This document shows, piece after piece, positions 45,898 to 57,937 of a stretch of DNA of 64,000 bases. The DNA is from Mantamonas sphyraenae STR306. Taxonomy: Eukaryota; Protista; CRuMs. The position numbers and the translations under genes are program-made. The stretch is taken from the NCBI GenBank assembly GCA_026936335.1, contig JAPMXV010000018.1, forward strand, positions 1 through 64,000, in the 5' to 3' direction. Below the pieces are notes generated by a model that worked only from the letters and a program-made list of their open reading frames with translations, had not been told where the DNA came from and searched no databases. How positions within the stretch are numbered: the first letter of the stretch is position 1; every line of letters begins with the position of its first letter.

Positions 45898-48800
45898 TCA
45901 TTGCAACACTCCGCGCATCCTCGCTTCTGCCACACGCCACTTCCTCCCACTTCCACGCACCGCACGGAACCGTGCACGTCGCCCCAGCTCTCCGTGTGCA
46001 TGTTGACCCACCCTTGCAAACACCTCCCGAGCCCCACGCCGCCTGCCCAGCGCTTCCAACACGTCCGCCAAGTTGAACAACACCCCGCCACGCAGCGGAT
46101 GCGCCTCCTCCAACCCCATTCCCTCCATCACTGCGTCGCTTTCCTCCAAAAGGTTACGTGCCTCAGTCAGCTGTCCCCTACGCGCTGCGTTCATCGCACG
46201 GTTGCTCACCGTGACCGCATACCGCAGATCCGCACGCCCCAGCCCTTCCACCACGTCCTTGTACGCCTCCTCCGCCTCGTCGTGCTGTCCTGCCGCAGCG
46301 TGCACACTTGCCATCACGCTACGGCACTCCAGCCACAGCCGGTGCCGTTGGCCCACCAGCTGACCAAACACAGACAACGCCTCACCCGCCATGCCCAACG
46401 CAGGCTCCAGCACGCCCCGACGACGAAGCAGAATCGCCATGTTCGTCAGCACACACGCCGTGCGCACGTGCCGCACCCCAACCAGGCCTTCGCACACCTC
46501 AAACGCCTCCCGAAACAGCGTCGCCGCACGCTCCTCATCCCCAACCTCCATGGCGTGCACAGCCACGTTGTTCAGCGACTCGGCAACCTCAAGGCTGCGG
46601 TCTCCGTAGCAGTGTCGCCGGATCGCAAGCGCGTGTTCCAGATGCACTCCAGCCACAGCCATCCGTCCCATCCGCTGTTCCGCCACCCCAAGGCTGTTCC
46701 ACTGCCGGCCCATCTCTGCGTGTCCCGGTCCCAGCACACGTTGCACTTCCCCCGTCGCCGCCAACAACCGCGCCACAGGCCCGTTCGACCCCACCCCGCT
46801 TTCGCCCACCTCCACACTCAACACAGCCTCGTAGGTTCGGCTGATGCTCTCCAGTGCCACGTGCACCTGCCTCTCCAGCGCCTCTTTGTTCAGCTGCAGT
46901 CCTTGCGCCAGCACCGTCGCTCCAGAGTCCAGATGCAGCAATGCACGCGACGCTCGCTTCGTCTCACGTCCAAACACCGCCCCGAGCTCCAAACTCCCCG
47001 CAGGCAGCACCTCCTCGCGCAACACACGCAACGCACCTGCCACGTCTCCCTCCCCGTCTGCAAGCACCATGGCCATGTTGTGCATCAGTCCAGCTCGAGC
47101 ACTCGCCTCCTCTCCGCCCACAAGTTCCAGCGCACGCTCCAGCTGCCGCTTCCCGTGCTCAGCCTCCATGCTCCCTGCCATCTCGCTCAACAGGCCCGCC
47201 AGTGCAATTCCGTTCTCCTGACGTCGCTGCCGCCCAACCAGCAGTTCTTGATACATCCTCTGCGCCTCGTCCGTGCGTCCCACGCGTGCATACCCTCGCG
47301 CAAGCACCTCTCGCCAAACCTCCTCCTCCTCCCCTCCCTGCCCGCCGCCTGCTGCCCCTTCAATCCGCAACATGTCTTCCAACTCACCCACCATGTCCAC
47401 ATAATCGCCGTGGTCCTCCAAAAACAACACCAGGTCCTGTCGCGTGCGCAGCGAGTGCCGATGCGACCGCGGTCCCTCCGCCCCGTCCAAGTGCTCCTGT
47501 TGCACAAGTGCCACCATGCGGTACAGCCGGTACGCCACATCGTACCGTCCCGACGCGTCACACAGCGTCGCCACATCCAGCAGTGCACTCAGCACACGTT
47601 TGTGCTTCGGCCCCAATTGTGCGTGCAACACATTCAGTGTCCGCAGCATCACGGGCTCCGCGTCGCTCACCTGACCCTGACGCACATACAGCATGCCCAA
47701 CTCGTGCAGCGGCTCCGCAAGCAACAGATGCGTACCCCCAACCTCCCGCTGCACAAGCGACAACGCCTCCAGCAGCAGTCCTTCCGCCTCGCTCCATTGG
47801 CCCTCACACTGCGCCACAATGCTCAGTTGACGCAGCGACGACGCAATTTCCAGCTGCAGCTCGCCACGCAACGCCTCGTTGCCCTCTGCAGACGCAAGCG
47901 CACGCCGTGTGTCCAACACCGCAGCCAGCGTCTCCCGTGCCTCCTCCACACGGCCTTGCTTCAACACACTCATCGCAACCCTGTCACGTGCCCCAAGTGT
48001 ACGCCTGTGCTCTTCGCCCAACACCTGTTCCAGCACAGCCACTGCTCCGGCGTACTCCCGCTCCGCTTCTGCAAACGCCTCGGCTCGTTCATGCAACCCG
48101 CCGCGCTCCAGCAACACAGCCGCCTCCAGCTCTCCGTGCACCTCTTCCAGTCCCATGGCCTCGTTCAGGTGTCTCTGCGCTTCCGCAAGCTTGCCCTGCA
48201 GCACACACAGACGCGCAACCGCTTGCAGCGACGTCACATTGTTCGGCCGCCTCGCAAGTACACGCCTCTGCAGTGCCTCCGCACCACGGTGCTCCCCAAG
48301 CTGCTCCAGCACACGGCACAGGTTGTCCAGCAGGTCCGCGGGCGCGTTTTCCTCCCCGTAGATTCCCAACGAGCGCTCCATCAGCTCTTTCGCCTGCTCC
48401 AACTGACCACGCTTTGCAAAGATGGCCGCCATGTTGTTCAACGCCGACGCAAATCGCAGCGTGTGGTCATCCTCTTGTTCTGCCAGCACACACACAAGTT
48501 GCTTCAGATGCGCCATCGCAGCAACTCCTTTGCCCAGCCGCATCTCCACACGCGCCAGCTTTTCCAGCACCCCGGCTGTCACCTCGCCCGCTTCCACCAC
48601 GGCCAGAAGCTGAGCTTGTGCCGCCGCAAACTTGTCCTGACGCATCAACACCGTCGCCAGCCGCTCTCTGTGCTCTGCTGTCCCGCTCAGCGACACCAGG
48701 CGCTTGTACGTCGCTTCTGCTTTGGCCAGCTTTTCGCCACGCACATACAGCGCCGCCAGATTTGCCAGATACATGGGCAGCCGCGTTGTGTCGCCCACAC

Positions 48801-51582
48801 GCTCGGCCAGCGCCACTGCTGTCTCTCCTTGCTCCTCTGCGCTCGCCATCTTGCCACGCGCCATCTGCACACGCATCATTGTGTTGGCGTACAGCGCCAG
48901 CAGCCAGTGCTGCGACCCAAAGAGGCTTTCCACGATAGCCATCGCCTGGCCACACTGTGCCTTGGCCTGCGCCGTGTCTCCCTTGTCCAGCGCCAGCAGC
49001 GCCATTTGGTGCAACACCCTGGCCGTGTCCAGGTGCCGTTCATCCAGCGACGTGCTGTACAGCTGCAACGCACGCTCGTACAGCGCTCCAGCCTCTCTGC
49101 GCGGCGCAACCTCCGCAAGCATCGCCATGCTCTCAGCCACGTCTGGGTTAAACTTGGCACGTACGTCGCAGGCGTATTGCACACGCAGTGCACGCTGCAA
49201 CACCTCTGCCGCCTTGCCTGGTTGCTCCATGTCATCCCACAGCTGTGCCAGGTCCTGCAGCACGACCGCATACGCCAAACTCTCCAAGGACGGCAGCATG
49301 CGCGCTGCACTCTCCATCAGTGCCAAGGCATCCCCGTGCCGGCCCAGCGCTCCCAGGGCCACCGCAAGGTTCGACTGGGCCATTGCAAGCGTCTCTCCGT
49401 CCGCTTCGTCGTTCTCCAGCAGCACCATTGCTTCGCGGTACCATTGTGCCGCCTGCTTCGTGTGTGCCGTCTCGTGCGCCATGCACATGTCTGCACACCG
49501 CGTCAGCGCCTCGGCCAGCCCGCGCGCCTCAAATTGGTTTTCTCGTCGCCGCAGCGACAGCGCAAGCTCCATGTGCTTCACGCTCACAATGCCCAGCGTA
49601 AAGTAGAGCCCAACAAGCTCTTCCATGCTACGCGCCACAGCAAGTGCATAGTGGCCATGCATGCGTTCTGTCATGTCCACACGCAGCAGCAACAGCGCCT
49701 CTGCCAGTGCGTACTTTCCCGTCAGCGCTGCCTCCTCCACCGCATCCACGCCCAGCAGCTGCCGCACCGTGACCACACTGCTCACGTCCTCGCTGCGCAC
49801 CTTGTGATCCACGTCTTCCTGCTGCTCCTGCTCCTCCTCCTCCTGCTCCTCTTCTGCCTGGCCCTCGTCCAGATGCAATACGTGTGCGCGCAGCCGTTTC
49901 CACCCGCGTCCTCCCACCCCCTCCTGTTGCCGCAAGAGTGCAAACTCGCCCGAACTGCGATCCACCTGCACGCGCAGGCTGCGTGAAACACGTACGCCAA
50001 TCAGCGAGCACGTGCGCCGCAGCAACGTCGACAGCCACGCCTTGAGCTGCTCCACGCCGCGCACAACTTCCAGCAGCTGACGAGAGAACAGTTCGTCGTC
50101 TGCCAGCGCAAACACAAACTTGCTGGTCAGCGGCTCAAACAGTTCCAGCCACGCCTCTGGCTGACCGTTCATCACGCCGTCCACGACGTCGGCCACAAAC
50201 GCGCTCAACTCCGCCTCGTTGTCCATCTGCTGCGCCACAACCACACTCTTGATACTGCGCGCCACCATTTCCAGCAACAGTGCTTCCTTGACCCCGCGGT
50301 GCGTCACGCACTGGCGCAACACGCCCACAAAGCGTACGTTCACGCCTGCCCCCTGCACCATGCGCACCAGCCTGCCCAGCTCCTCCTCCGACGCATATGC
50401 CAGCTCGTGTGTGTCATACCATGAGTCCAGAAAAGCAGCCAGGCTCGGTACAACGCCCGTCAGCAGCTTGCGGTTCGCCACAAGCACCGCTCGGTCGTGT
50501 TCGGCGCTCTCAATGGACCCAAAGCCCGTCAACGCATCCGGTGACAACGGCACACACATACGCAGCGCATACTCGGGTCGAAGCCGTGCACTGTGGTCAA
50601 ATGCCACCGACGGACCCAGCGGCGTCACCACGGGCAGCAGGCGCGTGGGATTGCACACGTACAACACGCCCGTGCTTGCATCTCGCCGCAGCTGCACGTC
50701 GCCTGCAAGTGTGCACAGCGCCTGGTTTTGTCCGTTGATGCCACTCTGGTGCTCCGCAATGTTCAACGCGGCACCCAACTGGGCTGCAACCTCGGCCGTC
50801 TGACGGTCGCGCACCACAAAATCCAACGTGCTCGTGTCCATCCCGTACGCCAGACTGCTGTCGCTCTCCACATCCCACGTCACCACATAGGTGTGCGGTG
50901 CACGGTACACCACCGCTGTCAACGGCACGCGCACGCCCAGGTCCTTGCTGCTGCCCAGCAACGTCCGCAACACCGTGTCCGTTGCGCGCAGCATGTTGCC
51001 CGCTCGCTTGCGTCCGCACGCGTGCACACGCAGAAATCCAGGCACATCCTCAGGCACATGCCGTGCCACAAAGTCTGCAAATCGGTTCAGCACCACGCGT
51101 ACCGCATACACCAGCCGCTGCCGTCCCAGCGGGTCTGACAACGTCGGCACAAGCGACACCAGGTGGTTCAGCCGCCCCTGCAACTTGGCCGCACGGCCCA
51201 CAGAGCATTGGTTCGGGTGAAGCTGCGGCACGGGGTGTGGCGCAACCACAGTCCCCTTTTCCATGTCTCCCTTTCTCCCCTTGTTCCCTCCCAGTAGCGC
51301 CTGAAGCCGCCCAGACGGACGCGAGAGGGCCCCGCTTTCCAGTTCGTTCTCCTCTGGCCGCCACTCGTACAGCGGGTACAGCGGTGACGGCGGCACCTGC
51401 TTGCGTGTGTACACGTTGCTTGCCAGCTGCTCCTTCAATGCTGCCCGCCCATCGATTGCCTCTGCGTACAGCGCGTCCCCGAAAAAGCTCGAATCGTCCA
51501 CTTCCTCCTCCTCCTCCTCCTCCTCGTTGTCTGTCGCCTCCCTTCCTTTGCCCTGTCCATCCTCCACCCACACCTCTTCCAC
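45898..51582 (-). CDS. Clu (clustered-mitochondria) domain protein with long TPR array; true start probably further upstream
   Basis: 'LRPEY....VPLSPDALTGFG', 'GVNVRFVG.LR', 'LLLEMVARSIK' Clu motifs; many kinesin-light-chain-type TPRs ('VAESLNNVA', 'LGEEH..T'). Confidence 0.87.
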   Translation of the reverse strand: MEEVWVEDGQGKGREATDNEEEEEEEEVDDSSFFGDALYAEAIDGRAALKEQLASNVYTRKQVPPSPLYPLYEWRPEENELESGALSRPSGRLQALLGGNKGRKGDMEKGTVVAPHPVPQLHPNQCSVGRAAKLQGRLNHLVSLVPTLSDPLGRQRLVYAVRVVLNRFADFVARHVPEDVPGFLRVHACGRKRAGNMLRATDTVLRTLLGSSKDLGVRVPLTAVVYRAPHTYVVTWDVESDSSLAYGMDTSTLDFVVRDRQTAEVAAQLGAALNIAEHQSGINGQNQALCTLAGDVQLRRDASTGVLYVCNPTRLLPVVTPLGPSVAFDHSARLRPEYALRMCVPLSPDALTGFGSIESAEHDRAVLVANRKLLTGVVPSLAAFLDSWYDTHELAYASEEELGRLVRMVQGAGVNVRFVGVLRQCVTHRGVKEALLLEMVARSIKSVVVAQQMDNEAELSAFVADVVDGVMNGQPEAWLELFEPLTSKFVFALADDELFSRQLLEVVRGVEQLKAWLSTLLRRTCSLIGVRVSRSLRVQVDRSSGEFALLRQQEGVGGRGWKRLRAHVLHLDEGQAEEEQEEEEQEQQEDVDHKVRSEDVSSVVTVRQLLGVDAVEEAALTGKYALAEALLLLRVDMTERMHGHYALAVARSMEELVGLYFTLGIVSVKHMELALSLRRRENQFEARGLAEALTRCADMCMAHETAHTKQAAQWYREAMVLLENDEADGETLAMAQSNLAVALGALGRHGDALALMESAARMLPSLESLAYAVVLQDLAQLWDDMEQPGKAAEVLQRALRVQYACDVRAKFNPDVAESMAMLAEVAPRREAGALYERALQLYSTSLDERHLDTARVLHQMALLALDKGDTAQAKAQCGQAMAIVESLFGSQHWLLALYANTMMRVQMARGKMASAEEQGETAVALAERVGDTTRLPMYLANLAALYVRGEKLAKAEATYKRLVSLSGTAEHRERLATVLMRQDKFAAAQAQLLAVVEAGEVTAGVLEKLARVEMRLGKGVAAMAHLKQLVCVLAEQEDDHTLRFASALNNMAAIFAKRGQLEQAKELMERSLGIYGEENAPADLLDNLCRVLEQLGEHRGAEALQRRVLARRPNNVTSLQAVARLCVLQGKLAEAQRHLNEAMGLEEVHGELEAAVLLERGGLHERAEAFAEAEREYAGAVAVLEQVLGEEHRRTLGARDRVAMSVLKQGRVEEARETLAAVLDTRRALASAEGNEALRGELQLEIASSLRQLSIVAQCEGQWSEAEGLLLEALSLVQREVGGTHLLLAEPLHELGMLYVRQGQVSDAEPVMLRTLNVLHAQLGPKHKRVLSALLDVATLCDASGRYDVAYRLYRMVALVQQEHLDGAEGPRSHRHSLRTRQDLVLFLEDHGDYVDMVGELEDMLRIEGAAGGGQGGEEEEVWREVLARGYARVGRTDEAQRMYQELLVGRQRRQENGIALAGLLSEMAGSMEAEHGKRQLERALELVGGEEASARAGLMHNMAMVLADGEGDVAGALRVLREEVLPAGSLELGAVFGRETKRASRALLHLDSGATVLAQGLQLNKEALERQVHVALESISRTYEAVLSVEVGESGVGSNGPVARLLAATGEVQRVLGPGHAEMGRQWNSLGVAEQRMGRMAVAGVHLEHALAIRRHCYGDRSLEVAESLNNVAVHAMEVGDEERAATLFREAFEVCEGLVGVRHVRTACVLTNMAILLRRRGVLEPALGMAGEALSVFGQLVGQRHRLWLECRSVMASVHAAAGQHDEAEEAYKDVVEGLGRADLRYAVTVSNRAMNAARRGQLTEARNLLEESDAVMEGMGLEEAHPLRGGVLFNLADVLEALGRRRGAREVFARVGQHAHGELGRRARFRAVRGSGRKWRVAEARMRGVLQ

Positions 51583-52304
51583 CTGTTCCGCCTGCTCCCG
51601 CTCGTTCTCTCCGTTGCCATCTTGCTCCCCCTCCTCCTCTCCTCCTCCTCCCCCTCTTCGGGCAACGACGCCATGATCCCAGCAAGCAACTCGTTTGTTC
51701 CTGCCTTGCCGCTCGTCGGCACAGCCTCCACATCCTCTTCCCCTTCCTCTTCACCCTCCCACTCCACCGCGTCTTCCAGAGGCACTCGTGGTGCCACGCT
51801 GAATTTCGACCGGAAAACCTCGGGCATGTCGTGTTGTCTCCGGATGCGCGCTGCGAAGTGCTTGTTCGCATCCCCATGCGCCAGTGCTCGCACACCAACT
51901 CCACACAATCACGCCACACACGCATCAGCATGTTTGCTCGCCGCCCCACCATCCGCTTGTCCCTGCACGGCGCAAGGGACGCGCTCGCGACTCTTGTCCG
52001 ACCCTCCAAACCCCAAGGCAACGTCAACCACCTCGCTCGCACCATCCACACCCATCCCTCCTGCTCCTCTGTGTCCGCACACACCCGTGTGCACCCGCGT
52101 GCCCTGGCCACGCACTCGCCTTCCACGCAACCACCCTGCGCCAAGCTTGTCCTTCGCCCAGCACCTCCATCCCCACACATTGTACACCGCACAATGCACC
52201 CAGCGCCACTGTCGACGACTTCAAGGCCCCACGCAAGCCTCATGAGCGCCTGCGCCACAAAGCGCGGTGCCGACCACCAAAACCTGTTCTCACCCTCAAA
52301 TCCC

Positions 52305-54147
52305 ATGTCCACTTCATCCACCGTGGCCAAGACTGGCAAGAAGATCGTCGTTGTTGGTGGCGTCGCTGGTGGCGCTTCCTTTGCAGCGCGAGCCCGCCGT
52401 CTGGACGAAGGTACGAGATCGGTCGCGAATCTTCCCAGACACGCGTCCCGACACGCTCCCCTCCGCCTCCTCACATCCATCGGACCCATCTCACACCCAT
52501 CGGACCCATGCCTGATCCTCCACACACCCGCGTGCAGATTGCCAAATCACCATCTTTGAGGCCGGCCCGTATGCCAGCTTTGCCAACTGCGGCCTGCCGT
52601 ACTACGTGGGAAACACCATCGACGCCCGCGAAAAGCTGTTGGTGGCCACCGAAGCACGCATGAAAAACTACTTTGACATTGATGTCAAGACAAACCACAA
52701 GGTGACCCATATCGACCGGGAGAACAAGCAGGTGACCGTGGAGCACGACGGCGACACTCAGCTGGTCGACTACGACGAACTCGTCCTTGCCACCGGCGGC
52801 ACCCCGCTGCGCCCGCCCATCGAAGGCATCCAGCAAGACGGCATCTTTACCGTCAGCGACATTCCCGACGCAGACGCCATCAAGGACTGGATCGCACAAA
52901 GGGGCGCACAAAAAGCCGTCGTGGTTGGTGGCGGCTTCATCGGCATCGAAATGTGCGAACAGATGGTCCACTGGGCATGGACGTGACAGTCGTCGAGATG
53001 CTCGACCAGGTTCTGCCTCCCCTGGACAAAGACATGGCCGGCTTTGTCCACGCCGAGCTCCGCGCACACGGCGTCACCCTCTCCCTCAACGACGGCGTCG
53101 CCTCCTTTGGCACCACAGACGCAGGCGCCATTGTCGTTCACACCGCAAGCGGTGCCGCACACGAGTGTGAAATCTGCATCCTGGCCATTGGGGTCCGTGC
53201 AAACTCGGGCCTCGCCAAGGACGCCGGATTGGAGCTCGGCCAGCGTGGCGGCGTCCTCGTCAAGGACACCCTTCAGACTGTCAGTGACGAGCACGTGTGG
53301 GCGGTCGGCGACGTCGTCGAAAAGACAAACTACCAGAACGGCGAGCCCATGATGTTTGCCATGGCTGGCCCTGCCAATCGCCAGGGACGCATGGCCGCAA
53401 ACAACATGTTTGGCAAGCCCCAGTCCTTTCGTGGCGTTCAAGGCACTGCAGTGGTCCAGGTTTTTGATCTCACTGTTGCCCAGACTGGCTTTTCCGAAAA
53501 GGCTGCCAAGCGCTCCGACCTGCCCTACGCCAAGGTTTTATAACCACACAAAGCACCACGTCGCCTACTACCCAGGCGCACAGACGGTCCACTGCAAGTT
53601 GCTCTTCAATCCGGACGATGGCAAGCTCATGGGCCTGCAGGCCATCGGCAAGGACGGCGCCGCACGACGCGTCGACGTCGTCTCGGCTCTCATCCAAAAG
53701 GGCGGCGACGTCTACGACCTTGAAGAGGCCGAGTTGTGCTACAGTCCGCAACATGGTGCTGCCAAGGACGTCCTCAACATCCTCGGCATGACCGCTGTCA
53801 ACGTCCTCGACGGCGTCATGCCCGTCATGCACTGGGAAGACCTCCAGGCCGCTCTGGACGCAGACGAGCCCCCTGTGCTCCTCGACGTCCGCAATCAAGA
53901 CGAATGGGACGCTGGCCACGTCAAGGCTGCCACTCTCTTTCCCTTGCCCAATGTCCGCGACCACACCGATGACGAGCTCAAGGCCAAGTTTGCCGGGAAG
54001 CACGTCGTCGTCTACTGTGCGGCAGGCAAGCGCGCGTACTACGTCCAGCGTCATCTCATGGACCTCGGCATCAACTGCACCAACCTGTCCGGCGGCATGA
54101 CCACCCTCGAATCCATGGACTTTGCGGGACTGGAAATGGACATGTGA
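52305..54147 (+). CDS. CoA-disulfide/persulfide reductase-rhodanese fusion (Cdr/Npsr-like)
   Basis: 'KIVVVGGVAGGASFAARARRLDE'; intron 52411-52537; 'SFANCGLPYYVG'; 'GGGFIGIEM'; 'AGPANRQGR'; 'ELCYSP'; rhodanese 'LDVR..EW..GH...VYCAAG.R'. Two apparent 1-nt frameshifts (~52970, ~53538). Confidence 0.92.
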
Positions 54148-54227
54148 TTTGGATTCAAAGATGCTGAGTTGGTGTGCATTCCTCTCTTCCACTGCTCTTC
54201 TCATTCACTCTCAACCACACACATCAT

Positions 54228-57200
54228 TCAGTTGCAGCCGCAGCCGCAGCCGCAGCCGCAGCCGCAGCCGTTGCCACCAGCGTGGCCGGCGGGCTTGCCA
54301 GCAGGAGTGGCCGCAATGCCCATCTGGGCGCGGACACCCTTCATGATGCTGGCCGGGTACTTCTTGTCCATCTGCGCCAGCAGGTTGTCGCGCGCGTTCT
54401 CGGCGGCGGCCTGCTGCGAGGCAGGGGTGGCACCCTTGCGGGCAACCGTCACGGCCGCCACCTTCTCGGCGTTGGCCAGAGCCTTGATCAGAGTCGACTC
54501 GACCTCGCGCGACTGCGCCAGGCTCACCTTGTCCGTGTAGGCCTTGCCCACAGACGGCTGCTTGGCAAGGATGCCCACAAAGTGCTTCAGGCGCTTCTCC
54601 ACACGCGCCGTGAACGGACGCACGCGAGCAGCCTCCTTGGCCACCGCAGCGGCCATGGCGCCCTGCAGCTCAGCCACAAGGTTGTTGCCAACCCACAGGC
54701 CCAGACCGCCCTTCACCGACTTGATTGCCTCCTTGCCCTGGGCGGACTGAACCTTGCCCAGCAGCTCCATGCTCACCTTGTACGTGCCGCCCAGAGCAGT
54801 CATCACCATCTTCAACAGAGCCTGCATGTTGCGCGACTGGTTGCGGAACGCAGCGCTCGTCTCCGTCAGCTTGCTCACCAGGTAGGTCGACACCTTCTTG
54901 CGGAAGTCGTTGACCTTGGCCAGCGTAGCCTTGGTCGGGTTCTTCTTGTGCGTGTCCACAAATGCCTTGGCCGACGCCAGCCAGCCGCCCAGCTTGCCCT
55001 TCAGCAGAGCCTTGCCCTCAGCCGTGCGGTTCAGCGCAGCCGCAAGACCGGTGAAGCCAGACTTGAGGATCTTGTCTGCCTGGCTCGCCCACTTGATCAG
55101 TGCGCGCAGGTCAGTCTGCTTGCCAGCAAACTTCTTGGTCTTCAGACCAGCGCGGTACGAGCCCAGCGAGTTGATCAGCGCAAACGGGCCGGCCTTCAGC
55201 GTCTGCACGCCAATCACGGCCGGGGTCACCACGTGGCCCAGTGCAATGTGCACCAGCTCAAAGTTCTTCGACTGCGTCATCTGCGTGATCAGCTGCTGTG
55301 CGCCGGCGGTGATCTTGGGCAGACCCTTGATCAGCGAGTAGGCAAACACGGCAAACGGTCCCTGGCCCTTGAAGAGCTTGGACGACACCTTGAGCTTGGC
55401 GCGGTAGTTCACGCGATCCTGCAGCTTCTTGTTCAGCTTGGCCAGCGCAGCCTTGGTCAGGTGCTTCTTGATGGCCTTCAGCACCTGGTTGTTCTTGGAG
55501 AAGAACTGGCCGGCGACAATCTTGCCACGCTTGAACAGCTTGCCCAGCTTGGCCGCGCGCGTCTTCCACCACTTCTTGTTGGCCATAAACTTGGCCAGGC
55601 CTCCCTTGGCCTTCTTGGCGCCCTTCTTGACGAACTTGGCAAACTTGCTCTTCTTGGCCTTCTTCCACCAGTTGGAAGCCTTGAAGAATGCGCCGCCTGC
55701 GTTCTTGCTGAACTTGCTCCAGCCCTTCTTGAAGAACTTGGCAAACTTGCCACGGCTCAGCGACTTGCCACGGCGCTTGAACCACGCCTTGGCGCGGCTA
55801 AACAGGCGCTTGGAGCCCACCTTGAGCTTGGACACCTTACCCTTGAAGAACTTGGCAAACTTGCTCTTCTTGAACTTGGCCCAGCCGCCCTTGAACTTCT
55901 TGCCAAACTTGGAGAACCAGCGCTTCAGGCTCTTCTTGCCAAACTTCTTCAGCGCGGCCTTGCCCAGCTTGCCCAGCTTGCCCTTGGCCAGCTTCTTGGC
56001 AATGTTGCGGTACTTGCCCCAGCCCTTCTTGGCCACACGGCGAAGCTTGCCCAGCAGCTTCTTGGGCTTCACGCTGCGCTTGACGCGCTTCACAAAGCGG
56101 CCAATGCGTGCAAAGCCACGCAGTGCCTTGCGCGTGATGCGGAACTTGCGTCCCTTGCGCACAACCTTGCGCACAAACTTGCTGACCTTGCGCACACGTG
56201 CCAGCACCTTGCGGCCCAGCTTGCGTCCCTTGCGCACAACCTTACGCACAACGCGGCCGATCTTGCGGAAGCGCACCAGCGCCCTGCGCGTGAAGCGGAA
56301 CTTGCGGCCCTTGCGCACAACCTTGCGCACAAGCTTGCCGATCTTGCGGAAGCGGCCAAAGGTCTTGCGCGTGATGCGCACCTTGCGGATGACGCGGCGC
56401 ACCTTGCGCACAGCGGCGCGAGCCTTGCGCACAAAGCGACCGACACGGCGCACCTTGCGCACAATGCGCACAGGCACACGGCGCACCACACGGCGAACCA
56501 CGCGGCGAGCGGCACGGCGCACCACGTTACGAGCGCGGCGCACAACACGGCGCACGCGCACGCGGCGCACCTTGCGCACAACGGCGCGAGCCTTGCGCAC
56601 AAAGCGACCGACGCGGCGCACCTTGCGCACAATGCGCACAGGCACGCGGCGCACCACACGGCGAACCACACGGCGAGCCACACGGCGCACAACGCGAGGC
56701 ACACGCACGCGGCGCACCTTGCGGATCACACGGCGAGCGCGGCGCACCACACGGCGCACACGCACACGGAAACGGCGGCGGCGGAAGAACAGGTCCGAGT
56801 CGTCGACCTCATCAGACGCATCAGCGTCCTCCGAGTCGCTCGACTCCACCTCCTCTTCGTTTTCGTCCGCATCTTCGTCGTCGTCCTCCGTGGCAAACTC
56901 CGATTCGTCAGAGTCGTCCGACACCTCCTCATCCTCGGCAGAATCGTCCGTCCTGTGTGCCGTGTCAACGGTGTGCGTCGTGTCAGTCTCCCCTGCGTGC
57001 TTTGCGTGTGTGCGCGTTCGAGAGGGAAATTCGCGCCGTTCTCGCCTTTGCCCTCTCGCTCAAACCTCCCCTACGCTACCCTGCAAGCAAACATGCACCG
57101 CCACCACACGTCCCTCTGCGCATGCACTCTGTCTCGATCCTGGTGCGCCCCCCCCCCTGTATGTTGCTGCCTCGTCTGTGGCCGTGCCGACCCACACACG

Positions 57201-57756
57201 TCCATCACCCGAAAAAAATCGCGGTGGAGAACGTCTCGCCGCCAGCACCGCCACAAACACACGTGCCTGCGTCCACTCTCCTCCTGGGCACTTGCTTTGG
57301 TACACATCTATGTGCCTGCCACCGTACACATGCACTCTCTGCATCTGCGTGTCTTGTCTGCGTCTGCTTCGCTCCTGCACACACACACGCCAGGCACAAG
57401 GCAGCTGCGACGCATTGGTCGCGAGCGAAAAAAAAAAGACCAATCTGCGCGCAAAACACACGCCTGACGCACATGCACGGCCCTCCTACACAATCACACA
57501 ATTCACACAAACACCGCATGGTCATGCGCACGCTCTGCGTCCCTTCCTCATGGCCTAGGTGTCCCCGACTACGCCCACGAACACGCGGCGGACGCCGGAA
57601 AAAAAAACGAGCACAATCGCCAACTCACTCTTCGACTGCAGAGTCGGCCGCCGAGCTCTCCAGACCGTTCTCGGACTGCAGAGCTGCAACCTCGTCCACC
57701 TCAGCAAACACGCTGGTTGCCAGCAGTGCAAGCAGCAACAGCACGAGCTTGTTCAT
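54228..57756 (-). CDS. Secreted precursor: signal peptide, acidic pro-region, very long Arg/Lys/Val-rich cationic repeat region, helical domain, (CG)n tail
   Basis: Exon 1 57629-57756 (MNKLVLLLLALLATSVFA...) joins in frame via GT-AG intron 56953-57628 to ORF 54228..56924; strong C/G third-position bias supports this frame. Confidence 0.82.
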
Positions 57757-57937
57757 GCTGTGGGTGCGCAAATGAGGACCACAAACGGGAACCCGCGTCC
57801 AAGATAATCCTGTGTCAGCAGCCAGCATTCGCATCTCCCGTCCCCGACGCACCCAAACACATGTGCATGTGTCTGCATCCACCTGGTATCATCTTCCAAC
57901 ACATTACTCACTTTCGATTAGGTTTTGTTGGCGCCCC

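Noticed and set aside
45749-45901. ATGA stop/start overlap between the Clu-TPR gene and a small ORF, suggesting operon-like coupling
   Set aside because: The small ORF is probably the first exon of the degenerate interrupted gene; the overlap can be explained by genome compaction or chance.
45685-49986. Long antisense ORFs (1433 aa here; also 54174..57467, 6895..9453, 27950..30196, 37143..39260)
   Set aside because: Shadow ORFs from GC-rich codon bias opposite clear genes; no motifs of their own.
54232-54270. (GCAGCC)n, (TCC)n and (CA)n runs, and the 84-nt LRR periodicity, as a CRISPR-like array
   Set aside because: These are simple microsatellites or coding repeats with no repeat-spacer structure.
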